Source of the DNA: Clostridia bacterium
GTDB taxonomy: Bacteria > Bacillota > Clostridia > Oscillospirales > UBA644
Direction: 5' to 3'
Length of the DNA: 64,000 nt
Assembly: GCA_017623475.1 (NCBI GenBank)
Contig: JAGAPC010000038.1
Coordinates: 20,855 to 84,854, forward strand
Shown here: piece after piece, positions 38,445 to 47,528 of the stretch
Layout: every line of letters begins with the position of its first letter
How positions within the stretch are numbered: position 1 is the first letter of the stretch
The notes under the pieces: model-generated
The model's database searches: none
What the model saw: only the letters and a program-made list of their open reading frames with translations
What the model was told of the DNA's origin: nothing
Program-made: the position numbers and the translations under genes

Positions 38445-38781
38445 TTTTCCACAGGCTGTTTGGGGGTAAAACCCATGATAATACCAGGGTTTTCCATGTT
38501 GTCAACAGGGTTTTCCACGGTTTTATACCGTTTTGGTGTGGAGTACGCGGGAAATATTTTTGCATATATTTCCCATTTCGCCCCCGAAAGAAAAAGTTGG
38601 ACAAACTTTATTTTTCCCCTTGTATCAACGGTTTGCGCGTTTCCATGAATTTTTTCGGAACATTTCCCGAAATTTCCCGAGGTGGGAAAAAGTGGTCAAA
38701 TAAGCGGTTTTACACATTTTCCACAAGGTTTTCAACAGTTTTGAATATGCAACGGTGGAAAACCCTTCGGCATTTTGCACA
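38445..38781. promoter_or_regulatory. DnaA-box cluster (about 10 boxes)
   Basis: Exact TTWTNCACA matches at 38445, 38708, 38717, 38773; 1-2 mismatch boxes at 38490, 38499, 38511, 38729 and inverted at 38537, 38754. Confidence 0.75.
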
Positions 38782-38891
38782 AGAGCAAATTTTTCCCTAT
38801 TTCATGGGATTTTTGTCGTTTTACGCCTCTGCGCACGAAGAGAAAACGCAAAAAAAATCCCCGACGGCATTTCAAAATTGTATGATTATTT

Positions 38892-39332
38892 TTATGCATT
38901 TCGGACGGCGGTAATCAATAATCGCTCTGCAACCCGATCCAATGCGGAAAAACAGGCTTGGGCGGGGGAAGAACGCCCGACAGAATTCCCCCAAAGATCC
39001 CACAGATCCTCCCGACGGCGGATCGGCGTTTCGTCCGGGCGAAAGGGGTCGCAGGACAGGAGCAACACCGATTGCTCCGCCGTTTTTCGTTCCGTTTTGC
39101 AAAGAGGGGAAAGCGTTGGAAATACGGAGAAAATTGCAGACGACACCTCGTACAGATCTTCCCGATTCACTGGGGTAATAAAATCCCGAAGCAGGTGAAG
39201 ACACAGGGATTTATGGCGTTGATAGCAGGCGCTTTGAAGGCGTTGTATTTCTTCTTCCGAATCGGTCTGCGTTGCCTTGAGAAGAAATGCAAATTCTTCT
39301 TGTACCGTTGCATAAAAATAATTTTTTTTCAT
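38892..39332 (-). CDS. Short, divergent DUF47/PhoU-like protein
   Basis: LLRDFITPVNREDLYEVS motif and DRVAERLL..AVRNA tail resemble DUF47; GGAGGT RBS; only 146 aa. Confidence 0.55.
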   Translation of the reverse strand: MKKNYFYATVQEEFAFLLKATQTDSEEEIQRLQSACYQRHKSLCLHLLRDFITPVNREDLYEVSSAIFSVFPTLSPLCKTERKTAEQSVLLLSCDPFRPDETPIRRREDLWDLWGNSVGRSSPAQACFSALDRVAERLLITAVRNA

Positions 39333-39386
39333 AAAAATACCTCCCCGGAAATTCTATGCTCCGGGGAGGTAAAACAGAAGAACTTT

Positions 39387-39527
39387 TTAATTGATGAGCC
39401 CCAAAAGTAACAAAAGGGGGCGGGCGGAAAAAAATCCGAGGATAAACAACGCGATTCCGAGCAAAATCAGCCACAGGGTGCGCTTTTTTCTTTCGGGAGA
39501 CCGACGGAAGGACCATTGATTTCTCAT
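39387..39527 (-). CDS. Small (46 aa) predicted membrane protein coupled to rnfB
   Basis: ATGA overlap with rnfB stop, GGAG about 10 nt upstream; MRNQWSFRRSPERKKRTLWLILLGIALFILGFFSARPLLLLLGLIN. Confidence 0.55.
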   Translation of the reverse strand: MRNQWSFRRSPERKKRTLWLILLGIALFILGFFSARPLLLLLGLIN

Positions 39528-40372
39528 ACTTCGGGCACTCCGTCGGGGATCGCGTCGGGCTTCAGTCCGTCCAAGATAATCTTTCGGGGACATTTTGCGG
39601 CGCAGGTTCCGCATTGATTGCAGAGAGAATAATCGATGTGGGCAATATTATTCTCGAAGGTAATGGCGTTGTTGGGGCAGTTTTTCGCACAGATTCCGCA
39701 GCCGATACACCCCACCTCACAATGGGAACGCACCGTAACGCCCTTATCCTTGGATTTGCAGGCAACCCAATAGCGGGAATCAAAGGGCACCAATTCGATG
39801 AGATTTTGCGGGCAGGCAGAAACGCACATTCCGCAGGCACGGCAGTGGTCGTAATCCACGAACGCCGCACCGTTTTCCAATTTGATTGCGTTAAAGGCGC
39901 AGGCGTTGACGCAGGAGCCAAGCCCGATACAACCGTAGCTACATTCCTTCGGTCCGTTTCCGAGACGGGAAACGGAATGGCAGTCCGCCAAGCCCTGATA
40001 GAGGTATTTATAATTGGCGGTGGTATGGTTCCCGCTGCACATGACCTGTGCCCGCATCCGCGCCGTTTCCGTCACTTCAACGCCCATAATTCGGGCAATT
40101 TCTCCGTTTGCCTTGGCGTCGGCAACGGGGCAAAGACCTACCTGAACGCCCTCCTCCACGATGGCTTTTGCATAGGAAGAGCAGCCGGCGTAACCGCATC
40201 CGCCGCAGTTTGCTCCGGCAAGATACTCCGTAATCTCATCGATTCTCGGATCTTTTTCCACGGCAAATTTCTTTGCGGCAACGGCAAGCAAAAGACCGAA
40301 CAAGAAGGCGATGGCGGCGAGAACAAGAACGGTCAGAGGGATTTCAAAATAAACGGGTAGAGATAAAATCAT
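39524..40372 (-). CDS. rnfB: Rnf complex subunit B
   Basis: N-terminal TM, GANCGGCGYAGC, several CxxCxxCxxxCP clusters. Confidence 0.95.
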   Translation of the reverse strand: MILSLPVYFEIPLTVLVLAAIAFLFGLLLAVAAKKFAVEKDPRIDEITEYLAGANCGGCGYAGCSSYAKAIVEEGVQVGLCPVADAKANGEIARIMGVEVTETARMRAQVMCSGNHTTANYKYLYQGLADCHSVSRLGNGPKECSYGCIGLGSCVNACAFNAIKLENGAAFVDYDHCRACGMCVSACPQNLIELVPFDSRYWVACKSKDKGVTVRSHCEVGCIGCGICAKNCPNNAITFENNIAHIDYSLCNQCGTCAAKCPRKIILDGLKPDAIPDGVPEV

Positions 40373-40384
40373 AAAAGCCCTCCT

Positions 40385-40960
40385 TTAAAAAGACAGACGC
40401 AGACCGCTGAACGCCAACGCCAAAAGACCGCCGGCAATCAGGGCGATGGGAACCCCTTGGAAGGGCTTGGGAATTTTTGCAAATTCGAACCGTTCCCGAA
40501 CCAAGGACAACAGGAAGATCGCCAATAAGAACCCCAACCCCGCGGCAAAGCCGTAAACCACCGATTCGATGAAATTATAATCGTTCTGCACGTTGAGAAG
40601 GGCAACCCCCAAAACGGCGCAGTTGGTGGTAATCAGGGGCAAATAGATGCCCAACGCGGAGTACAGGGAGGGGATCGCCTTTTGCAAGAACATCTCGATC
40701 AGCTGCACGAGGCAGGCGATCAGAAGGATAAAGGCGATGGTTTCCAGATATTCGATCTGCAACGGCTTGAGAACGAAATAGTACAAAGGCCAGGTGAGGG
40801 CGGAGGCGATGGTCATGGTAAAGGTGACCGCAAGCCCCATTCCCACGGCGGTTTCGGTTTTTTGAGAAACGCCCAGGAAGGGGCAGATTCCGTAGAATTT
40901 AACGAATACGAAGTTTTCGATCAGCAGGGCGGTAATCGCCAGAAGAAAAATATTTGCCAT
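40385..40960 (-). CDS. rnfA: Rnf complex subunit A
   Basis: GICPFLGVS, LPLITTNCAVLG. Confidence 0.95.
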   Translation of the reverse strand: MANIFLLAITALLIENFVFVKFYGICPFLGVSQKTETAVGMGLAVTFTMTIASALTWPLYYFVLKPLQIEYLETIAFILLIACLVQLIEMFLQKAIPSLYSALGIYLPLITTNCAVLGVALLNVQNDYNFIESVVYGFAAGLGFLLAIFLLSLVRERFEFAKIPKPFQGVPIALIAGGLLALAFSGLRLSF

Positions 40961-40963
40961 AAA

Positions 40964-41581
40964 TCAGTCCTCCTTCTTCCGACGGCTCTGCAGCCATTGA
41001 ACCAGGGCGATCAATGCGCCCAGGATTAAAAATCCGCCCACGGGAGAGATGACCAGCACCGCGGGAGAAAAACCGGCGGGGGTTACCTTGATTCCGAACA
41101 ACGTTCCGCTTCCAACCAGCTCACGAAGGGCGGAAATGACGACGAGCGCCGCCGTAAAGCCTGCACCCATGGCAAGTCCGTCCAAGACGGAGGGCAACGG
41201 CTCGTGCTTGGAAGCAAAGCTTTCCGCACGGGCAAGGATGATGCAGTTGACGACGATCAAGGGGATAAACAACCCCAAAGATTCCGCAAGAGAAGGAACG
41301 TACGCCTGCAAAATCATATCCACCACCGTAACGAAGCCGGCGATGATGACGATATAGGAGGCGATACGGATCTTGGACGGAATGTAATTCCGAAGCAACG
41401 AAATAAAGAGGTTGGAAAGAACGAGAACGAAGGTGACGCTCAAGCCCATCCCGATGCCGTTGATTACGGTGGTAGAAACCGCCAAGGTGGAGCACATCCC
41501 CAACAGTTGAACGAAGATGGGGTTTTGATCGAGAAGACCGTCTTTAAAAATCTTCTTTACGGAAAAAGTCTCTTTTGCCAT
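40964..41581 (-). CDS. rnfE: Rnf complex subunit E
   Basis: LLGMCSTLAV, IPLIVVNCIILARAE. Confidence 0.95.
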   Translation of the reverse strand: MAKETFSVKKIFKDGLLDQNPIFVQLLGMCSTLAVSTTVINGIGMGLSVTFVLVLSNLFISLLRNYIPSKIRIASYIVIIAGFVTVVDMILQAYVPSLAESLGLFIPLIVVNCIILARAESFASKHEPLPSVLDGLAMGAGFTAALVVISALRELVGSGTLFGIKVTPAGFSPAVLVISPVGGFLILGALIALVQWLQSRRKKED

Positions 41582-41584
41582 AAA

Positions 41585-42130
41585 TCATTCCCCCTTTCCT
41601 TCCAGGATCAGACTGCACACGGTTACGGCGGAACGAACCCCCGATTGGATGCCAACCGACGAAACGGTTGCACCGCTTACGATGGAAACGGAATCCAGGT
41701 TTCGGGAAGAAAGTCCCTTGAATTGGGGCAAAAACGCTCCGTTTTCATCCACGGCTTTCGAGCCGATTCCGGGGGTTTCCGATTGGGTTAAGATTTTGAC
41801 GCCGGTGACGATCAGATCGGTATTTACGCCGACGATCATGGTCATTTCATCGTAGCCCTTGACGGTGACGTCGAAGCAATAGCCGGTTACGACGCCGTTC
41901 TCCTCCGCCCGATAAACGGCGGTGACGGTTTTGGCTTCCGCCTCGGGGATGGTAAAATCGGTCACCTCGGTAAAGGTACCGGAAAGCAGCTCTCCGCGGG
42001 CGGTCTCCCCTGCGATCCGTTGGCGTTCCGCGATGGTGTCCCGGGTCAGCATATTGACCAGAGAAAGCATCAGAACCACGGAGGCAACGAAGAGCGCGAG
42101 GCGGGATCCCAGCGATAAATATTGCTTCAT
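41585..42130 (-). CDS. rnfG: Rnf complex subunit G
   Basis: ETPGIG and FMN-attachment motif SGATVSS. Confidence 0.92.
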   Translation of the reverse strand: MKQYLSLGSRLALFVASVVLMLSLVNMLTRDTIAERQRIAGETARGELLSGTFTEVTDFTIPEAEAKTVTAVYRAEENGVVTGYCFDVTVKGYDEMTMIVGVNTDLIVTGVKILTQSETPGIGSKAVDENGAFLPQFKGLSSRNLDSVSIVSGATVSSVGIQSGVRSAVTVCSLILEGKGE

Positions 42131-43149
42131 GCGTTATCCCCTCCGATCCCGTAACGGCGCGGCTTGATATACCGATCCAGCGCCAGCGTAACGACGTTCA
42201 TAATCAAAATGGAATAGCAGACCGCTTCGGGATACGAGCCGAAGGTGCGCAGCAGAACCGTAAGTCCGCCGCAGCCCACGGCGTAGATCACCTTCCCGAG
42301 ACGGGAAAGGGGCGACGTGGTGTAATCGGTTGCCATAAAAACGGCGCCCAGCATCAATCCGCCGCTGAACAGCTCGTAGGACATATAGGTAAGATTGTCC
42401 ATTCCGCCCGTGGGGAACAGATAGGTCAAAAGGGCGACGGTTCCCACGTAGCAGACGGGGATATGCCACTTGATGACCTTGCGGAAAAGAAGATACGCAA
42501 GCCCGACCAAGATCAGAAGCTTTGACGTTTCGCCCAGGCACCCGGGGACGTTTCCCACGAACAGATCCACGAGATCCAGATCGGGGACGATCCCCTGCTT
42601 CAAGCTCTTCAACGCCGTAGCCCCGGTGACCGCGTCAACGGAATCGGAGATCACGCCGTCGGTAAACATGGGCTCGCCGAAAATAAAGGAAAGATTTCCG
42701 TGGATCTTACTGAAGGGCTTGGTGTAGGTGGTCATGATCGTAGGCCACGAGAACAAAAATGCCCGTGCGGCAAGGGCGGGGTTGAGAAAATTCTTTCCCA
42801 ATCCGCCGAACAAGCCTTTGACGACGACGATGGCAAAGAACGCCCCGACCGTGACCATCCAATAGGGGGTGGTTACGGGGAGGGTAAACGCCAACAACAT
42901 CCCGGTCACGACGGCAGACAGGTCGCTGACCGTGTTTTTGCTTTTGGTCGCCCAATGGAACAGGCTTTCAAAGGCAATACAGGCGGCAACGGAAACCAAC
43001 GTCAGCGTCAAGGCGCGGAATCCGAAAAAGATCACCGCCCCGCCCAGGGCGGGAAGCATGGCGATGATGACGTCGCGCATGATCGATTGGGTGGAATCCT
43101 TACTCCGATAATGGGGGGAAGAATTGACGAGGAATTGATTGGTACTCAT
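42127..43149 (-). CDS. rnfD: Rnf complex subunit D
   Basis: SSPH, GGLGKNFLNPAL, TGAT FMN site, FMATDY; start 43149 overlaps rnfC stop. Confidence 0.95.
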   Translation of the reverse strand: MSTNQFLVNSSPHYRSKDSTQSIMRDVIIAMLPALGGAVIFFGFRALTLTLVSVAACIAFESLFHWATKSKNTVSDLSAVVTGMLLAFTLPVTTPYWMVTVGAFFAIVVVKGLFGGLGKNFLNPALAARAFLFSWPTIMTTYTKPFSKIHGNLSFIFGEPMFTDGVISDSVDAVTGATALKSLKQGIVPDLDLVDLFVGNVPGCLGETSKLLILVGLAYLLFRKVIKWHIPVCYVGTVALLTYLFPTGGMDNLTYMSYELFSGGLMLGAVFMATDYTTSPLSRLGKVIYAVGCGGLTVLLRTFGSYPEAVCYSILIMNVVTLALDRYIKPRRYGIGGDNA

Positions 43150-44471
43150 TTCTTTGCTCCTTCCCTTGAAATCTGGCTTTTTGCCATGCGCATGGCTTGA
43201 ACCAGATACAATTTTGCAGGACATACGTAGGCGCAGCAGCCGCACTCGATACAATCCTGGACGTTCAACGCCGCGCACTCGGAAAAGCGGTCGAGAACGG
43301 CGTTTTCATAAATCTTAGTCGGCTGCAGACGCATCGGACAAACCGAAACGCAACGGCCGCAACGGATACAGGTATCCCCATCGGGGAATGCCTCTTCCCC
43401 GCCCCGGGGAGCAAACGCCAACAGGGACGAGGTGTTTTTTACCACCGGAATATCCAGGGAATGTTGTGCCGTCCCCATCATCGGACCGCCGGTGACGATC
43501 TTATAAGGCTCTTCCGTGAAGCCGCCGCAATGACGGAACAGCTCCCGGTAAGAGGTGCCGATCCGAGCCAACAGATTGGCGGGGTTCGCCACCGCAGAGC
43601 CGCTGACGGTCACCACCCGTTTGATCAGGGGTTGTGCCCGGTAAATAGCGCGGTACAGAGACGCGCAGGTATCGACGTTAAAAACGGCGCAACCGATATC
43701 CATCGGAAGCTTTCCCGGAGGAACCTCCCGACCGGTTACGGCGCGGATCAACTGCTTTTCTCCCCCTTGGGGGTATTTGGTGGGCAATTCCAACACCGTA
43801 ATGCCCGTTCCGTCGGCGGTGGCGCGCAGGGTGGCAAGGGCGTCGGGCTTGTTATCCTCCACGCAGATAACCACATCGTCCACGCCGAGACAATGGCGGA
43901 TCAATTCCGCGCCGGTAACGATAAACCGGGGGTATTCCACCATCGCCCGATGGTCGGCGGTGATAAAGGGCTCACATTCGCAACCGTTGATGATGACCGA
44001 CGTGACCTTCCGATCAATGGCGGTACGCAATTTTGCGTGCAACGGAAACGCCGCGCCGCCCATCCCCACGATGCCCGCTTCCCGAGCAAGGGCGATGATC
44101 TGATCCGGCGTAACGTCGGTGACCTCCCCGGTATAGGGTTCGATTTCGATCTGTCCGTTGGTTCCGTCGTTTTCGATCACCACGGAAAGAACCTTGATCC
44201 CCGATACGTTCCAGCGGGGCTCGATTGCCTTAACGATGCCGGGAATACTTGCGTGGATCGGAGCGCAAAGCCCCTCCTGGCAATCCCCGATCTTCTGACC
44301 TTCCACCACCCGATCGCCCACCTTAACCAAAGGCTGGCAGGGAACGCCGATATGCTGAGACAGGGGGATTACCACCGTCTCCGGCTGCGGAAGGTTGCTG
44401 ACGATAACGCTGGCGGCGGTTCTTTCTTTCTGATAATCCGGATGGATTCCGCCGCGAAAGGAAAACGCCAT
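43146..44471 (-). CDS. rnfC: Rnf complex subunit C
   Basis: FRGGIHP, GIVGMGGAAFP, NGCECEPF, YPQGGEKQL, two ferredoxin motifs. Confidence 0.96.
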   Translation of the reverse strand: MAFSFRGGIHPDYQKERTAASVIVSNLPQPETVVIPLSQHIGVPCQPLVKVGDRVVEGQKIGDCQEGLCAPIHASIPGIVKAIEPRWNVSGIKVLSVVIENDGTNGQIEIEPYTGEVTDVTPDQIIALAREAGIVGMGGAAFPLHAKLRTAIDRKVTSVIINGCECEPFITADHRAMVEYPRFIVTGAELIRHCLGVDDVVICVEDNKPDALATLRATADGTGITVLELPTKYPQGGEKQLIRAVTGREVPPGKLPMDIGCAVFNVDTCASLYRAIYRAQPLIKRVVTVSGSAVANPANLLARIGTSYRELFRHCGGFTEEPYKIVTGGPMMGTAQHSLDIPVVKNTSSLLAFAPRGGEEAFPDGDTCIRCGRCVSVCPMRLQPTKIYENAVLDRFSECAALNVQDCIECGCCAYVCPAKLYLVQAMRMAKSQISREGAKK

Positions 44472-44558
44472 GCTGATATACACCTCTCTTATTCTTCAAA
44501 CCGACCGAATATTTACCCTCAAATCGGGCGGTTTATATACATAGTTACCAATAATACT

Positions 44559-44587
44559 ATTATATAACAAAACTCGGAATCTGTCAA
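44559..44587 (-). promoter_or_regulatory. SigA promoter of rnf operon
   Basis: Minus strand TTGACA-17 bp-TATAAT. Confidence 0.85.
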
Positions 44588-44626
44588 GGGGCAAATTTCG
44601 GGAAAAAAGGGAAAAACCCCGAGAGA

Positions 44627-45235
44627 TTATCTCGGGGCAATCCGGCGTCCGGCTTCGGTAAAAACGATGGAAATATCTTCTGCAAAGGCTTCCTTCAACG
44701 CGCAAAAGGCAGGCTCTTCGGCAGTCATGGAAAAGATGACGGTATCGGAAAAGGAACGGTCGTTGATGGGGATCTCCAATTTTTCCGCGTGGTAGGTGAC
44801 GGTTCCGGTTTTGGAATAGGGGAAGGATACGGTGAAATCAATAAATTCTACGGCTTCGGTTTTTTCCGCAGCCTCCAACGCACCTGCCGCCGCCTTGGCG
44901 TATGCCCGAACCAATCCGCCTGCACCCAGCAGAATTCCGCCGAAATGGCGGGTGACGACCACCGTTACGTCTTCAAGTCCGTTTTTCTGTATGGCGTTCA
45001 GGGTGGGGGCGCCTCCCGTTCCGGAGGGTTCTCCGTCGTCACTCATACGCACGGTTCCGTCGTGGATCACGTAGGCAAAAACGTGGTGGCGCGCCTCCGG
45101 ATCGGCAGCACGAACCCGGGCAACGGCGTCTTTCGCCTCTGCCTCGGTGGGGGTATAAAAAACTCTGCCGATGAATTGGGATTTCTTTTCGGTAAATTCA
45201 AATTCCGCATTTCCGCGGACGGTGAGATAACCCAT
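44627..45235 (-). CDS. yigZ: YigZ/IMPACT-family protein
   Basis: EKKSQFIG, SDDGEPSGTGG, VTRHFGGILLGAGGLVRAY. Confidence 0.93.
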   Translation of the reverse strand: MGYLTVRGNAEFEFTEKKSQFIGRVFYTPTEAEAKDAVARVRAADPEARHHVFAYVIHDGTVRMSDDGEPSGTGGAPTLNAIQKNGLEDVTVVVTRHFGGILLGAGGLVRAYAKAAAGALEAAEKTEAVEFIDFTVSFPYSKTGTVTYHAEKLEIPINDRSFSDTVIFSMTAEEPAFCALKEAFAEDISIVFTEAGRRIAPR

Positions 45236-45325
45236 ACGATCTCTCCTGAAAAGGTTCTTTTTTCCATTGTACCATATTTTTAACGAAATTTCCAGCAACT
45301 TTATTTTAAATTTCGGTAAAATTTC

Positions 45326-45354
45326 TTGCAATTTTTCTCCGCTTGTGATATAAT
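45326..45354 (+). promoter_or_regulatory. SigA promoter of holB-ricT
   Basis: TTGCAA-17 bp-(TG)TATAAT. Confidence 0.7.
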
Positions 45355-45433
45355 AAGAGAGAATATGCTGGGAAAGGGGAGTTTTCGGAATCTTCCGCGA
45401 CGGTTATACGGGCGGCGATTTTGAGCAATCGGT

Positions 45434-46327
45434 ATGAATTTTACAGGCTTTTACGGAAACGAACCGATCAAAAAAATCTTGAACACCCATCCCTTCCACG
45501 CGTATCTCATTGAAGGACCGAAGGGATCGGGGAAGCACACCCTTGCGGATCTGATCACCAACGCCTTGATCTGCGACGGAGAGAATCCCCCCTGCGGAGT
45601 CTGCCGACAATGCTACAAATTTCGGGAGAAATGCCATCCGGATCTCATCGAGATCCCGGCGGATATCCCCGTGGATGAATTGCGTCAGCTCTTGGCGGGC
45701 ATCGTCCTTTCCCCCAACGACGCAAAGCACAAGGTGTATCGGATCGACGGGGCGGAAAAGATGCTTGACGCGGCGCAGAATCTGTTGCTGAAAACCCTGG
45801 AAGAACCGCCGGAATACGCCGTATTCCTGTTGCTTTGCACCACGAAGGAAGGGGTGCTGGAGACGGTTCGCTCCCGCTGTCAGACCTTATCGTTGGCGCC
45901 GCTGCCCGAAGAAGTCATTCGGGAGCATTTCGTCAAAGCCTTCGGAGGCTATGATGAAAAGGCGAAAAACGCCGCCTTGCTGTCCGCCGGTTTTTTGGGG
46001 AAAGCGCTGGAAATCTATCAATCCTCGGAGGGCGAATACGCGGAAAAAAGTAAGGTATTGGAAAAAGCGTTACGGGAAAACGATCCCATTACCGTCTTCC
46101 GTATTTTTTCCTTTAAAGAGAGAGAAGAATTGGTCGCGTTTTACAACGCCTTTTCCCTCCACGTAAAACGCCGCCTTCGGGAAAGCGAAGGGAACGAACG
46201 GCTGTTTTTTGCCGATCTTGCAAGGCTTTGGGACGAAGCAGGAAAGGGAATGCAGACCAACGTAAACGTAAAATTTTGGAACACGAATCTTGCGCGGCTC
46301 TGCCGAAAAGCAAGAAGATCATTTTAA
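45434..46327 (+). CDS. holB: DNA polymerase III delta' subunit
   Basis: HAYLIEGPKGSGK, PCGVCRQC, HPD, NLLLKTLEEPP, TVRSRC; precedes ricT. Confidence 0.9.
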   Translation: MNFTGFYGNEPIKKILNTHPFHAYLIEGPKGSGKHTLADLITNALICDGENPPCGVCRQCYKFREKCHPDLIEIPADIPVDELRQLLAGIVLSPNDAKHKVYRIDGAEKMLDAAQNLLLKTLEEPPEYAVFLLLCTTKEGVLETVRSRCQTLSLAPLPEEVIREHFVKAFGGYDEKAKNAALLSAGFLGKALEIYQSSEGEYAEKSKVLEKALRENDPITVFRIFSFKEREELVAFYNAFSLHVKRRLRESEGNERLFFADLARLWDEAGKGMQTNVNVKFWNTNLARLCRKARRSF

Positions 46328-46345
46328 ACAGAAAGGATTGCTCCA

Positions 46346-47302
46346 ATGATCGAAATCATAGGAATCCGCTTCCGCAACGCAGGAAAAATTTATTATTTTG
46401 CGCCCAACGGCATCACCGCCCTTCCTGGGCAAAAGGTCATCGTTCAGACCGTCCGTGGAATTGAAATCGGCACCGTCGTTTTGGGAAATAAAGAAATTGA
46501 CGAATCCAAAAATATCAAGGACCTGTCCCCCGTTCTTCGCCTGGCAACGGAAGAAGATCTGAAACAGGATAACGAAAATCGGAAAAAGGAAAAGAAGGCC
46601 TTCGACGTTTGCGTGGACAAGATCAAGCAGCACGGTCTTGACATGAAGCTGATCAACGTGGAATACACCTTTGATTGCTCGAAGATCGTATTTTGCTTTA
46701 CGGCGGACGGTCGCGTGGATTTTCGGGAATTGGTCAAGGATCTGGCAGGGGTATTCAAGACGAGAATCGAGCTTCGCCAGATCGGAGTTCGGGATCAGAC
46801 CAAGTCGGTGGCAGGGCTGGGCTTGTGCGGACGGCAGGTATGCTGTGCCTCCTTCTTGTCCGATTTTGATCAGATCACCGTAAAAATGGCGAAGGATCAA
46901 GGATTATCCTCCTCTCCCCAAAAAATTTCCGGTCCCTGCGGAAAGTTGATCTGCTGTCTGTCCTTCGAGCAGAAGGCTTACGAGGAAGATTACAAGGAAC
47001 TGCCCCGCATGGGCTCTTACGTCAAAACGCCCAACGGATGCGGAACCGTATGCGAGGTCAACGCCTTAAAGCAGGGCGTGCGGGTGCGGCTGGAGGACAA
47101 ACCCACCGAGCCGCCGGTCTTCTATAAAAAAGAGGAAATTTCCTCGCCGGACGGAGATGAATCTCCCAAGCCGGCAGCACCGGTAACGCCGGAGGTCTCC
47201 GAAAAATCCGATGCGGAGCAACCCCAAAAGCCCAAGAAAAAGAAAAAGCATTTCTACAATAAAAATAAAAAGCCTCAACAGAAAAATCAAAACAAGCAAT
47301 AA
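46346..47302 (+). CDS. ricT: PSP1-domain protein RicT/YaaT
   Basis: GKIYYF, FTADGRVDFRELVKDLA, RIELRQIGVRD, CGRQVCC, SGPCGKLICCL. Confidence 0.93.
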   Translation: MIEIIGIRFRNAGKIYYFAPNGITALPGQKVIVQTVRGIEIGTVVLGNKEIDESKNIKDLSPVLRLATEEDLKQDNENRKKEKKAFDVCVDKIKQHGLDMKLINVEYTFDCSKIVFCFTADGRVDFRELVKDLAGVFKTRIELRQIGVRDQTKSVAGLGLCGRQVCCASFLSDFDQITVKMAKDQGLSSSPQKISGPCGKLICCLSFEQKAYEEDYKELPRMGSYVKTPNGCGTVCEVNALKQGVRVRLEDKPTEPPVFYKKEEISSPDGDESPKPAAPVTPEVSEKSDAEQPQKPKKKKKHFYNKNKKPQQKNQNKQ

Positions 47303-47308
47303 AACAGG

Positions 47309-47357
47309 AAAACGCCATAGATTCATCTCCGTGAGTCTGTGGCGTTTCTTTTTTTTT
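47309..47357 (+). terminator. Intrinsic terminator after ricT
   Basis: AAACGCCATAGATTCA/TGAGTCTGTGGCGTTT stem then long T run. Confidence 0.8.
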
Positions 47358-47528
47358 AAGCATAATCTCCCGATGCACCTTTTTGCGGCAAAAAACTATG
47401 ATGATATAGGACGGCTTTTTTATTTTCCGAAATTTGGGTTGATTAAAATCCGAGGAAACGGAGGAAAATAATACTGTCCCAAGGATTTGAAAAAGAAATT
47501 ACATGGAAAATCATAGGAGGATCAAGGA

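Noticed and set aside
38344-38914. Short ORFs across the DnaA-box region
   Set aside because: No RBS, atypical composition; WKT-type peptide repeats are just translated DnaA boxes
44535-44575. Possible Rex operator upstream of rnfC
   Set aside because: Only one TTGTTA half-site; no matching second half at the expected spacing
45365-45424. 19-codon upstream ORF just after the holB promoter
   Set aside because: Too short to support; no conservation evidence available from the sequence alone
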